From NCBI GenBank assembly GCA_964188305.1, contig OZ076886.1: 64,000 bases of DNA. One strand, 5' to 3'. Positions 50,811-62,274 of this stretch are shown piece by piece (the first letter of the stretch is position 1; each line of letters opens with the position of its first letter). A program made the translations under genes and the position numbers. The notes beneath the pieces were generated by a model that made no database searches, was not told the DNA's origin, and saw only the letters and a program-made list of their open reading frames with translations. Origin of the DNA: Podarcis bocagei. Its lineage: Eukaryota.

Positions 50811-53800
50811 CGTACAGGCATCCCCCACAAGGACTGCTGCTGCCCAGAGCCTATGGAAGTTTGCAAGGTCCACTAACACAGTTCCCTACTTGAGAAGGGC
50901 AATACCCACGGCCTACTTGAGAAGATCTATCAAGGATTGCAGAAATTAAAAGAGTTGTGTTCATCTTGGGGGAAGGACAGTAACGGAGAGAGGGGGTTTC
51001 AGAAATATCCACTGTGGATTGGGGGGGCGACCTCAAAATGGGGGGGGGGCCTCTGCATTGATGGGGTCATGGAGGAGTCATGGAGAGGAGGGTCTGGCGC
51101 TACATGGATGGGAGGGGAAGGAGGAGTATCTCAGCATAAATGGATGGGGGGGTCCTCAAAATCTGGGAATGGGGGAAAAAGGGTCCCCTCCACCAAGGTT
51201 GCTTCTCAGGGGGTTACAAGTGGGGGTAGGTACAGGATAGGCTGGTGGTTTTCATCCCTCAGTGGATATTAGCTTAAATAAACTGGGGAGGTTGTGGTAT
51301 GGGGGGGGCATTTCAGTCCTTCTAAGAGGTGGTAGGAAATTGTGTGTGTGTGGAGGGGGGTTCAAAAAAATTTAAGAAAAAAGAAAAAAAGAAAAATCCA
51401 CTGTGGTCCTCTAGGTGTTGTTGGACTGCAACTCCCGCCATCCTTGACCAATGGCTATGTTGGCTAAGACTGATGGGAAATGGAGCCCATTAACATCTGG
51501 AGGGCCATGGATTCCATAGCCATTTTAGAGGCTTTGAAAGAACAATCTGGAAATGCTGGAGCTAAGCCAATTCATAAGCATGATTCCTGCTGTACACTGA
51601 CTGGGTACCACCCAGAAAGGAATTAGGCATGCCTGAATTCCTTTGAAATCAGTGTGCTAAATATAGCTATACACGTTTGCAATCTATTAAGAATACACTG
51701 AATTTCCTTTTTCTTCGTTTGAGACAGGAAACATAGGAGAGCTATAACCTCCAGGATGAAACAACCTACATTACATTTGCCTGGGCCAAATAACAAAAGG
51801 AATGCTAGAGACTCTCCTCCCGCCCACTCCATTCCTCCACGTCAATTCTCTTCTGCTTTGGGCATGCAATTGTTTGTTGGCACTCACCTGTGACAGCCAC
51901 TGTAGTGCCATAGATCTCTCTCTGTGGAATCAAGTGAGACTGGAAATCTGAAGCAGATTTGAAGCCTTCCTTCCTACCCCCCAGCCAAACATTATCCCCA
52001 AGTGTGGGTGTTTGGATTTGGAAGTTTTCCATTTTGGCCAAGAGGTAACTGTTGTTTTTGGAGATAGTAACCAATCTGTTCATTCATCCTCCAGTTTGTT
52101 TGAGCACAACTCCCACCCCCCTTTTCTATAAAAAAAACTCTCTCTCTTGTATTCTTGATAGGCAAGTCTTTCAGGGTCCATTGTTATTTTGCATAAACGC
52201 TGAAAAAAGGCCTTGCTGCAATCATGTTCTTTCAGTTTCAGGGCCCCAGTAGAATCAAGTCAATTGGTAAACTCCCTGGCATTAGGGTAAACAGATACAA
52301 AGGTGAGACAGCTCCTGTACCTTTGAAATAGAGGAGCGGATTTTGGTAGCTGCACAGAGGGGAGAACTGCCCTGAGACCTTCGGGTATAGGGCAGTATAT
52401 AAATTCAATTAATAATAATAAGGCAAAAGTCAGGGCATCATCCGTACACACTGGTGTTTTCCTTTACAGAAAGAAAGCAGGGCTAAATAAAGAGCCTAAG
52501 ATGGTTAGAAAACAAACCTAAAGATGTGAAAAACTGAATCCTGCTATTTTGGTTATATTAACATGTCAGGCTTGTTCCAGGTGCATCGTAACGAATGCTG
52601 TCAGTATCGTGTTTTAGACCCATCAACTTGGCTAAATGAGGCTCTCTGCTAATTTATATTGCCAGCACTGTTCTTAACTGAGTACGATCTCACTTAAGCA
52701 ACTATTCCTTTTGTTCATACTGTGTTTCAAGGAGAAGGGAGTTCTGATGGTTTTCGTTACGGGTGGAATATGTGAATCCAGGGTGGCTCCTCTCATTAGT
52801 GTCTGAAGACCTGAATGAAACCAGAGACTTGGTCAGCCCAGTTTCAAACTTAAATGTGCAAATGTGAAGGCTGGCTTCTACCCCCACAATGCAGCAAGCT
52901 GACCAGATAAGACGGCCATCATCTGTCATGTATGATTTAGTTGAGATTCCTGCATTGGAGGGGGTTGGACTACATGACCCTTCTAGACCTTCCACCTCTA
53001 CAATGCTATGATTCTAAGCTTAAAGTGAAATGGATTTCAGAAACAAGCGTGAAATTTTGCACTTGGCAAGTATTGCACCTTGCCTTTTAAGCACTAGTGC
53101 TTGGGGAAAGCATTGAAGTACTCCAGTTTTGCCAACTCCCAAGTTGTACAAGCCTCACTTGGCAAAAACCAACTGCAAAAACTACTGCAACACTGAATTA
53201 ACCACTTTAACATAATTCTCACAAGCAAGAATTTAGATTCCCTTGCCATTGAAATAAAGTGAAATATTTCCTTTCTGTTCCATTGTTTTATCTGAAAAGA
53301 GCTCTTTTGCAAGACTTCTACATGTCACACTGCTGTTAAAAGGCACAAGGGCAGCAATAAATAAATAAAATAATTAAAAGGGGGGAAGGCTGGCAACTGT
53401 GACACTTGGAAATTTGATAAATACATAAACCAAGGTTAGTAATTTATACACATTTTGTGACTGTCAAGAACAGCCCAAACATTAGAATTTTGGATGCTAA
53501 AATGCTAGCGCAGAAAACAGAATTCCAACATTCTGTCAAGTCTGTTGCACAAATATTTGTAGGAGAAAATATGTTTGGACAGATAATCCACTATTTCACT
53601 TGGGAAGGAGAGGAAGTGCCAGAAACGAGAGCCAGAGACCAAGGAGGAATGCCCTTGGCATTTATTTCTGTTTACACCACACAGCTGGGGAGGGAGGGAG
53701 AATACCCCCCCCACCCATTCAAAGCAGTTCCATACATTGCAGAAGGAGCAGCTCGAGTAATGTTGGAGCAGAATTCCTCCTTTCTGTACTGCTGCATAGA

Positions 53801-54459
53801 CCGCCCCTTCAAATACATGGCAGACTAATATCTGGGTCTGGCTGTCTAATTGGAAGGCTACGATATTAATTATTTTGTGCTCCTTATACGTTTTGATCAC
53901 CGGATGCTGCTTTGATCTGCTTGGCGGGGAGGGGGAAAGCAGCCGACAAACCAAGAAATCAAAACAAACCTGCTTCCAGAGAAGCAGCTATCCCCTGCAT
54001 CCGCCTAGTCTCTTCAAGGTCACAGGCTCTGTTCAAGGTCACAGGCAGCAGGGCTTGCAGCTAATGCTGCAAGGACTGAAATACATACACCTACACCCAT
54101 CCCCTGTGAAGGAAGCTTTTACACACTTAGGTATGGGGCCCTTTTGACTTTTGTCAGCAGTGGGAGACAGGCTGCATTTCACTGGGACCTTCCATGAGCC
54201 CTGTGTGCTTGTACAGAACTACACATTCATGATGATTTCCCCAGCCTGCTTCCCTCTCCATTGGCCAGGACTGATGAGAACAATAAACCAAAACATCTGG
54301 ATGGCCCCAGGTTGAGATGGGTTGCTCAGGACTCTCAAGGAGCTGATCTTTCACCATCAGGTCACTCTTTCCTCTGAAGGAAGCCTCTGGTCCTTCTTAA
54401 GCAAATTAAGTGTATATACCTCACTGACAACAGTACTGTGTTATAATTTGGAATTAATA

Positions 54460-54767
54460 TAATAATAACAACCACCACCACCCGTCCATCTGCCTGGGTT
54501 TCCCTAGCCACTCTGAGTGGCTTCCAGCCCATAGAAAAACATAATCAAATATCAAACATTAAAAAACTTCCCCAATACAGGGCTGCCTTCAGATGTCTTC
54601 TAAAAGTTGTGTACTTCTTTTATCTCCTTGACACCTGATAGGCCATTCCACAGGGCAGGCGCCACTACCAAGAAGGCCCTCTGCCTGGTTCCCTGTAACT
54701 TCACTTCTCGCAGCGAGGGAACCGCCATAAGGCCCTCAGAGGTGGACCTCTGTATCTGGGCTGAACA
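54460..54767 (-). mobile_element. L2-like LINE 3' fragment
   Basis: Homologous (reverse complement) to the 33594-34245 tail: cagggctgccttcagatg, ccatctg.ctgggtttccc.agccactctg. Confidence 0.65.
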
Positions 54768-57183
54768 ATTTTACCAGTTCCACAAATACACTTGCAGAAA
54801 TGTTTTGCATTGGTGTCTCAGTCTGATCAGTTTGGGGGTGTAGCCAAGAGCCCACATAACCGACTCTGAGCTTCACAAAGGAAAAGCCAAGTGTAAGGAA
54901 AGCAACAGTAGGTCAGTGGAAGCAACATTTATGACATCTAAAACGGGCCTCCAGCTTTCAAAGCCAGCCTACGCTCTGTTAGGAATCCAACTAGTCTTGC
55001 CAGCCACCGTACCTCCCAATCTGCCATGTGTGTCATGAATTACACAGCACTTCTGCATAGTCATGAAACTCCAGCTGCCACTGAGCGAAGCTCAACAGCA
55101 AACCTTGCACACTAAAAATACATCCTCTTCCCCTGGCTATTTGAAGAGCGGATAGGCCCCATCCGTTTTGTCGGCTTACTAAATCAGCTGCACCTGAAGC
55201 TGCCAGCTACTTGTGTACTTTCAACGCAAGATACAGCTAGCAGGAAATGGCGTTCCTCAAAACAACCACAGATGCTCCGTCAAAAAGCTCAGCTTCTCTA
55301 TCCAGGACAGTTGTCAGATTTGGGGCAGGAGCAGGGTGGGGAGAAATCTGCAAGAAGCATGGGCTTGCCAATAGCTAGTAATAAGTTGCAATTAAGTTGT
55401 TTTTAGTATGCTAGTGATAATGCATTTTGCATTAATTGCTAACCACCAATGATTAAAGTTATTAAATATAATTAAGTTTACTAGAGGAACAGGAAGATTC
55501 ATCTCATAACCACTGACATGTTTGTGTGATACAGGAAGTGTGGCTCAGAGCCTGAGCTATGATGGCCAAGTTGTATTATATTATTCTTCACAAGTTTTTC
55601 TACTTTTAAAATCTTTTTGTTTTAGACAAAGGTAACAAGACAAAGGTAAGAAGGGGCCCCAGACTTGTTCACACAGTCACCTATAAGACAAAATCCATAG
55701 GTGGCCCTCTACAGTGGGCAGCTGATAAATATGTTTTGCCTTTCCGGTTTTCAAAAAAACTCAAAAGCTGAACACAAACAGCCTGAAACTTCAAAGCTGA
55801 GCCAAATTTCCGTATTCACTCTTAACAAAGGAATGAAGAGATTTGTGAGGAGTGGGTGGGGACACAACATTTTCCTTGAAAAAGTAAGCATTTTCTTCAA
55901 GCTTTTTCCATCCAAGCTTTTACAATTTCTCACTGGAAGAAATCCATTCTCAATATTGAGTTTTTATTACAGCAGCCCAAATGCATTCCTAGAATACAGT
56001 TGATTAATATTTAGCAAGATGTCTGTGTAGAAAGAATGGAGATTGTGTTTTTTTAAAAAGCTGTAAAGCATTTTTTTTGGGGGGGGGGTAAGAGGCAGTC
56101 CTTTTCTTTCAAAAAAATCCATAAATCAAATTAAACCACTGATACCATGGGAGCTGCCACCCTCTTGGTTTTGTATTTGTTCTTCTAACTTCTGCATTTT
56201 GCTTATTTTAAAAATAGACTTTGTTCAGCTGTCCATGTTGTGACATGGCTAAAGTCCTCAGTTCCTTCTCAGATAGGTGCTTGGAAAGAGTAAAACACAC
56301 GCAGCCTGACTCCCATGGCAGCTTTACTGATAAATTGCCCTGAGTTCAACAGGAATCGCTCCCAATGACTTAGGATTCTACCTAGTAGTAGCCTATATAT
56401 TTTTTGTTTATACAGAAGATAACTAGTATAATCACATGAAGCAATTTGTTCCCACTCCAACAGCAGTCCACCTTAAGCATGCACTGCCCAATAATGGTGT
56501 ATCTGTGAGAGTTAATTGAGGGCAGGGAGGGCAACAAGATGAGACCAAGGCCCAATGAAGTGTAATCTACCCAATCTACCTTTCCCTCCATTACCAGCAT
56601 TGCTGAGAAAAATAACAGAACCAGCTTTCAAAGAGTTCTTCAAGCAGTGGGCAGCAGAGGCGTAGAAGGACACAGGATACAGAATCACAGAATGGTAAGA
56701 GTTGGAAGGGAAATGAAGGGTTATCTAGTTCAACCTCTTGCAATGCAGGAATCTCAGCTACAGCATCCAGTAGTCCAACACCTTTCAATTAAAGCTTAGT
56801 AGCCTGAACAGAATTCAGATTCCTATCCTTACATCTTGCACTTCCTAAAGCTCAGATCTGCTAATACGGGCCTCTAGGTGCCTCATAGCTCAGTGGAAAG
56901 GAACAACACGTTTGTATGTCAAAGCTCCTATGTTGAATCCCTGGCATTGCAAGTCCAGATGAGACTCTCGAGACCCCGGAGAGCTGCTGGCTCTCAGTGT
57001 AAACAGTGCTGAACTGGACCATTTGATTCTAGGACAGATTTCTGTATTCCAATTAGGCTTTGAGATATCGAAAGGCAAAGCCAGCATTGTTTCTAGGTCA
57101 GCCTTCCCTGTTCTTTTGCCATACAGATGTTTTAATATTAATGATTATTATTGTTATTTATTATTATTTATTAGATTTGTATA

Positions 57184-57434
57184 CAGTCATACCTTGGAAG
57201 ACAAATGGAATCCATTCCGGAAGTCCGTTTGATTTCCAAAACGTTCGAAGACCAAATCACAGCTTCTGGTTGGCTACAGGAAGCTCCTGCAGCCAATCAG
57301 AAGCCGTGGAAGCCCCATCAGACAATCGGGTTCCAAAAGAACATTCGCAAACTGGAACAATCATTTCTGGGTTTGCAGGATTCGGGAGCCAAAACGTCCG
57401 AGTTCCAGGGCGTTCAATAACCAAGGTACGACTG
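57184..57434. mobile_element. Tc1/mariner MITE (divergent TIR cagtc[a/g]taccttgg)
   Basis: TA-cagtcataccttgg...ccaaggtacgactg-TA, inserted in an L2-like tail. Confidence 0.82.
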
Positions 57435-58874
57435 TACTGCCCTATACCTGCAGGTCTCCAGGTGGTTCACAACATAAAAGCACAATATAAAAGCACAAAA
57501 TACATAATGAAAACAAAAAGAACAACCCAATCTCAAATGTGCTTTGAGATATCAGAAGGCAAAGCCAGTACCCTTTTCAGGTCAGCCTTCCCTGTCCTTT
57601 TGCCCTCCAGATGTTTTGGACTACAACTTTCATCAGCCCCAGCTAGCCGTCAATTGTCAGGGATGGGAGTTATAGTCCAGCAACATTTGGAGGGCAGCAA
57701 AAGCTGGGGAAGGCTCTTACAGGCGGACTATTATTTTTGGCGGGGAACGGGAAGGAAGACAGTCCTTTATTTCTAGGATCATGACTTAATCCTGAAAACT
57801 AAAGCATCACAGAATGACAGTCAACACAATTTACACTAGCACAACTGCATTCTTTTGGAAGTATCAGTCTGGCAATCTACCTTTCTGGTTAACGTGGCAA
57901 GTTGACAAAAGTCCACTCACTTTGCCATGTTCTCTCATGACATGTCAAGGTAGGGCAGAAATTGACTGTTTTATGGCGAGCGCCCTAAGAGACTGCTATG
58001 GATGACTGGTGAGGAAGTTCTGCTGAGGCTCATCTATGTAAACATTTTGTGCAAGTCCTAACAGGGACCTTACAATCTGAAGATGGTGAATGCCAAATAA
58101 ATCCATGCAACTCTTTGAAATGAACAGCCTGCCTCTTAAGGAACATAATTCTCCTATGGAGGAAGTGTGTGGGAGACAGAATGAGAGCAACATTTTCTTG
58201 CTATCATCGAACTCCGATTGTTTATTCTATCCAGGATTTCTTAAGAAGTTACACCTGACCTTTAAGGCACCAGGGGGTGGGGGGAAGGAGACGGAATCCA
58301 TGTTTTGATGCTATCGAAGGAGCAGCCTCTGTGTAGGTCTTTTTTTTACAACCAATTACATATGTGCTAGTTGGATGATCATACATGTCAGGCATGACAG
58401 CGTTTGGCACTTCGCTCCGTTCCGCACCATTTAAGAACTGAAATCATCTGAAAACTAAAGCAGAACAGAAGCTTGCCCATCGCATTCAAGTGCTTCCTTT
58501 GTGGGCTCTCAGCTAGCGAGTGAGAAAGAATTCCAGAGGTCATCTAATCCAAGAATGGAGAACCTATTGCATCCAAAGTACCCCCTGCAGATTATGACCG
58601 GAGACCCGAAACAGCAACATATGCTTAGATTGCATGCACAATGACAGGGCCCCCAAGGACAACCAAAGTTGCAATAAATGTACTCAAAACCGCCTGTTGT
58701 TTTTGGAAAGGTTTATAATCCTTTGCAATGACTGCATGACACACAATTTTCCTTCCTTCAGCATACAGCCCCCAAAGAGCAACAGGTGCCCATCAGGTCT
58801 CCAGGCCCTCGCTCCTCCCCACTTTCCAGCTAGTCTTTGCAACCCAGACCCTAGGCTAGCTGCAGAACATCAAA

Positions 58875-59756
58875 TGCACTTTCAACATATCCATTTAATA
58901 TTTACATTCAAGCAATTCATAATAATTGGAAGCTTATAGTTTAGACATTTCTAGTAGCAGCAGTTTCTATAATAGCTTGTTTAGCTTTAGATAATGATTA
59001 TTATTATTATTAACTTTTTTTTTTGCACACTGAAAACAAGAATGCGTTGGACACAGTATCAAAAAATATATACCAGAGGAAAAAGGATGGTCCTGAAGTT
59101 TTATGAAAAAGAAAAGTAGGGGGGGTGGAACGAAAACCAGAAGTGGCTTTTAAAAAGGGACGAAAATGAAAATATTCTGATATAGCTTTTAATATATATA
59201 TAATATATGTATTTAATATAATTATATATATATATAGGGCAAATCTAGGGAAACTCCATAAATCTAGTCTTTTCTTAATATTTCATTATATAAATACCTA
59301 CAAATAAATATAATTGCGTGGCCCACCTTGGAGGGGAGGGGGGCTGCCTTCAGCTCAAACAATACATTTTCAGCAACACCACATACAAACGGGAGCAAGA
59401 ACGACTCGACAAGTTAGCACTGTTAAAATATAATACTATGTAACTCTCCCGTCAAGTTAACTGGGAAGCTGCCACCCTGACTACCTCCTGGTGCACGGGG
59501 CCCAGGGAGGGTGGAGATGGCCTGCCCCCTGGAGGAACCAACCAAGATGGAAGACCACCCTCTAGCGAAGGAGAATCGCCGCACCCCACCCTCCCTTCTT
59601 CTGGGGCGTGGCGGGGGTCGTGGGCCACTTCTGATCTTGGGTGGGTGGCTCCATAGAGTTACTCTCTGGGCAGAACAATACCTTAGAGGAGGAGGAGGAG
59701 GGATGAGGGGGTCATGTGTCAGGCTGCCCAGGGAGAGGGCCGAAGCCTGCGCCTCC
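58875..59756 (-). other. CBX4: CBX4 3'UTR (3' end approximate)
   Basis: TE-free AU-rich sequence after the stop codon. Candidate ATTAAA poly(A) signal at 58894-58899. Seed matches for miR-181, miR-15/16, miR-129-5p and miR-144, plus a Pumilio element. Confidence 0.7.
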
Positions 59757-61139
59757 TCACACTGTCACATATTCCTTAAAGGTCACAGTCAGGCAGTTCG
59801 CCGTCACATCCGTTATTATTATATTCCCAAAGAAAGGCTTGAACTCCTGCACGGGCTCCTCCTCCTCTTCTTCCTCTACCTCAAAGTGTTCCACCGATTT
59901 CGGAGGCTTCGGTGCTGGCGGGTCGGCCGGCGCCGGTAAAGTCTCTGGCTTAATGTGCACCAGGCCGGGCTCACTGTCCCCCCGCACCTTGACGCACCGC
60001 AAGTCTATGGGCTCGTCCAAGTCTGAGTCCAGCAGGATGACCTCGGGCTGGGAGGCGGGAAGCGCTCGGGCCTCTGGTCCCTCTGGGGTAGGAGGGCTGA
60101 GGCAAGTGGGGGCGCTGATGCTCCGGGAAGTGAGGCGCTTCTTGCCGCCCTCCTTGTCCCTGTGGGGTTCGGAGAGGCAGCGCTTGCGCGACCCACCGCA
60201 ACTGGGCGAGAGGTTCAGCCCCACACATGACGCAGCAGCAGCAGCAGAGTTCTGTTCCTGCGGCCTGGAGTCCAGGGACCACGGGGAGAGGTTGGGCTTG
60301 GTGGTGAGCTGAAGGGGTTGCTGTTCAGGAATGGGCGGCTCTTTGCTAGAGGCTGTAGTCTTTTGGCAGTTGGTCCCATGCTCGGCAGGCATTTTACTTG
60401 CCTCTGCCCCCGATTTCCCTTGGGGGTCGCTGCCCAGCCATCTCTCCGCCCCGGGCTTTTTCCACGACTCCTGCCTCTCCTCGGAGGCCCCCCTCTTAGC
60501 AGTCCTGTCCTCAGCCACCCGCTTCTTGGGCGCTTCTCCAGATTTGATCTTCACGGCCTGCATGCCGTTCTCCATGTACTTGCTCATGACAATCACAATG
60601 CGGCCGTTCTTGTTCTTGTTCTTGACGATCTTCATCTTGCCGCCTATTCCGTTGCTGGTCACGCCGTCCCGGGGAGGGGGCGGTGGGGGCGGTCCCGTGC
60701 CGCTGGAAAGGTTCTTCTCTGCGCCGTTCTTCCCTTCGGCACCCCCCAGGTTCTTCACAGGGTTCAGCAGGCTCTTGGCCGTGCCATGAGACCATTTGTC
60801 CATGTGGGACATCAAGGGGCTCTTGCTGTGGTCCAAGCAGGCCTGCCCTTGCTGAGGCTCCTTGCTGCTGGGCTGGTAATGGGGCTCGTACATCTTGGGG
60901 TCAGGCTGGTAGTGGTGGTGCTTCTTGCTGTTCAGCTGGTAGTAGTATTTCCCTTTGCCGTGAGACTTGATGTTGCTCTCCTTGCCGTTGGGCTGGTACT
61001 GGTGGTGCTTCTTGCTGTTGAGTTCGTACTGGTGCTGCTGGCTTTTGCCAGAGCTGCCCAGGTCCAGCTTGGGCCTGTTCTCCACGGCAGGGTCTTGGAG
61101 GCCAGTGAGGACATTGGAACGGCGTGCAAAGGATGGCAG
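59757..61139 (-). CDS. CBX4: CBX4 (chromobox 4 / Pc2, PRC1 subunit and SUMO E3 ligase), last coding exon, 460 aa plus stop
   Basis: Translation LPSFARRSNVLTGLQD...YELNSKKHHQYQP...KNKNGRIVIVMSKY (SIM)...EVILLDSDLDEPIDLR (SIM plus CtBP-binding PIDLR)...EFKPFFGNIIITDVTANCLTVTFKEYVTV* (Pc/C-box) matches vertebrate CBX4. Acceptor is a polypyrimidine tract plus ttgcag| at 61140-61142, phase 0. TGA at 59757-59759. Confidence 0.98.
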   Translation of the reverse strand: MPSFARRSNVLTGLQDPAVENRPKLDLGSSGKSQQHQYELNSKKHHQYQPNGKESNIKSHGKGKYYYQLNSKKHHHYQPDPKMYEPHYQPSSKEPQQGQACLDHSKSPLMSHMDKWSHGTAKSLLNPVKNLGGAEGKNGAEKNLSSGTGPPPPPPPRDGVTSNGIGGKMKIVKNKNKNGRIVIVMSKYMENGMQAVKIKSGEAPKKRVAEDRTAKRGASEERQESWKKPGAERWLGSDPQGKSGAEASKMPAEHGTNCQKTTASSKEPPIPEQQPLQLTTKPNLSPWSLDSRPQEQNSAAAAASCVGLNLSPSCGGSRKRCLSEPHRDKEGGKKRLTSRSISAPTCLSPPTPEGPEARALPASQPEVILLDSDLDEPIDLRCVKVRGDSEPGLVHIKPETLPAPADPPAPKPPKSVEHFEVEEEEEEEPVQEFKPFFGNIIITDVTANCLTVTFKEYVTV

Positions 61140-61290
61140 CTGCAAGGAGGAGCAGGGAGGGGGTGGGGAAAACAGTCCATTAAGGGCTTTGAAAGAGAGA
61201 GGAGGGCAGCACATTTTACAAGCCATATTGAAACAGATCCTATAAGACCCAGAACTTTTAACAGCAACAGTTTTTAAAGGATGCTCTAGA

Positions 61291-61407
61291 CAAGCTGTTT
61301 TTGGACTACAAATCCCATCATCCCTGACCACTGGTCCTGCTAGCTAGGGATGATGGGAGTTGTAGTCCAAAAAAAAGTTGCGAGGCCCAAGTTTGGGGGA
61401 AACCCTG
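61291..61407. mobile_element. Palindromic MITE in the last CBX4 intron
   Basis: gctgtttttggactacaaatcccatcatccctgaccactggtcctgctagctagggatgatgggagttgtagtccaaaaa; same family as 48061-48186. Confidence 0.85.
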
Positions 61408-61924
61408 TTTTAAATGCCTAGCCCAACAACCTCATCCCACCTTTCCCCTAACTGGCTGAGACAGAGGTGAAATTAGAGGCAGCATTCATTTAGTCAATGG
61501 TCCTTTGGAGCACAAGGGGGAAAGGATGTCTAAGGAACGTATGTGGAAATGGGGGCAGGCTGGGGCAGGGACAACGCTGCTGTGAACAGCACTCCTTGGC
61601 TCCTGTTACATACTTCTTGCCAAGGCACAGGCATCTTGCATTGTAGGTCTCCGCAAGTGAAGCAGAAAGTGTATTTCACAGCCAACTGGGCTACCAAACA
61701 CAGAATGCAAAGTGGAAGAGAACACCTAAGAATTCTCCTTCTGCTGATTCAAAGACTCCACCAATAAATCTCTTTTGCGGGAGACAGAGGGCTCAGTCAT
61801 GGTCACCCATGACAGAGACCACATTTGCTGGGCCTTCTCAGAATATATTCCACACATGCTGGCAAAAGGACCTATGAAGTCACAGGATGGCCAGGGCTTC
61901 CTCTGCTATTTACAGTTAACAAGG

Positions 61925-61961
<37 letters not shown>

Positions 61962-62207
61962 AAACACGCCGTCTCCCAGAGCATGATGAAACCAAGATGA
62001 AATTCTCTTCCCCTGGGAAAGGCACCAGACAAGGAAGCGGATATTTATTAATTAAACAAAAACAGAACAGGCGTTCAGAAAGCCTTTTTAAAAAATCAGC
62101 TTGCTCAGCAAGATTCCCATTTCAGGATTTGGTTAGATCTACTGTTACTGTCTTATCTCACTTTGAAAGTTAGGAGAGAAGGAAGCAGAGGAACTGATTG
62201 GATTTAC

Positions 62208-62274
62208 CTGAACCACCAATGGCTTTGGTTTTGGTCCTCGTTTGCGGTACCCCATAAGTTGCTCCTGCCTCTCC
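62208..62274 (-). CDS. CBX4: CBX4 penultimate coding exon (67 nt), encoding (R)ERQEQLMGYRKRGPKPKPLVVQ with the AT-hook-like motif
   Basis: Not in the ORF track; read manually as cttcag|G GAG AGG CAG GAG CAA CTT ATG GGG TAC CGC AAA CGA GGA CCA AAA CCA AAG CCA TTG GTG GTT CAG|gtaaat. Splices in phase 0 to the last exon across intron 61140-62207. Confidence 0.96.

Noticed and set aside
50985-51406. G-rich stretch bounded by atccactgtgg repeats
   Set aside because: Low complexity; I could not define TIRs, a TSD or a family well enough to make a call.
60318-61277. 319-aa plus-strand ORF and other ORFs overlapping the CBX4 exon
   Set aside because: Antisense or alternate-frame shadows of a GC3-rich coding exon, with no recognisable protein features.
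61140-61331. N-terminal 64 codons of the 524-aa ORF (MVRDDGICSPKTA...)
   Set aside because: Intronic read-through. It starts inside a MITE and lies upstream of the true splice acceptor at 61140-61142.
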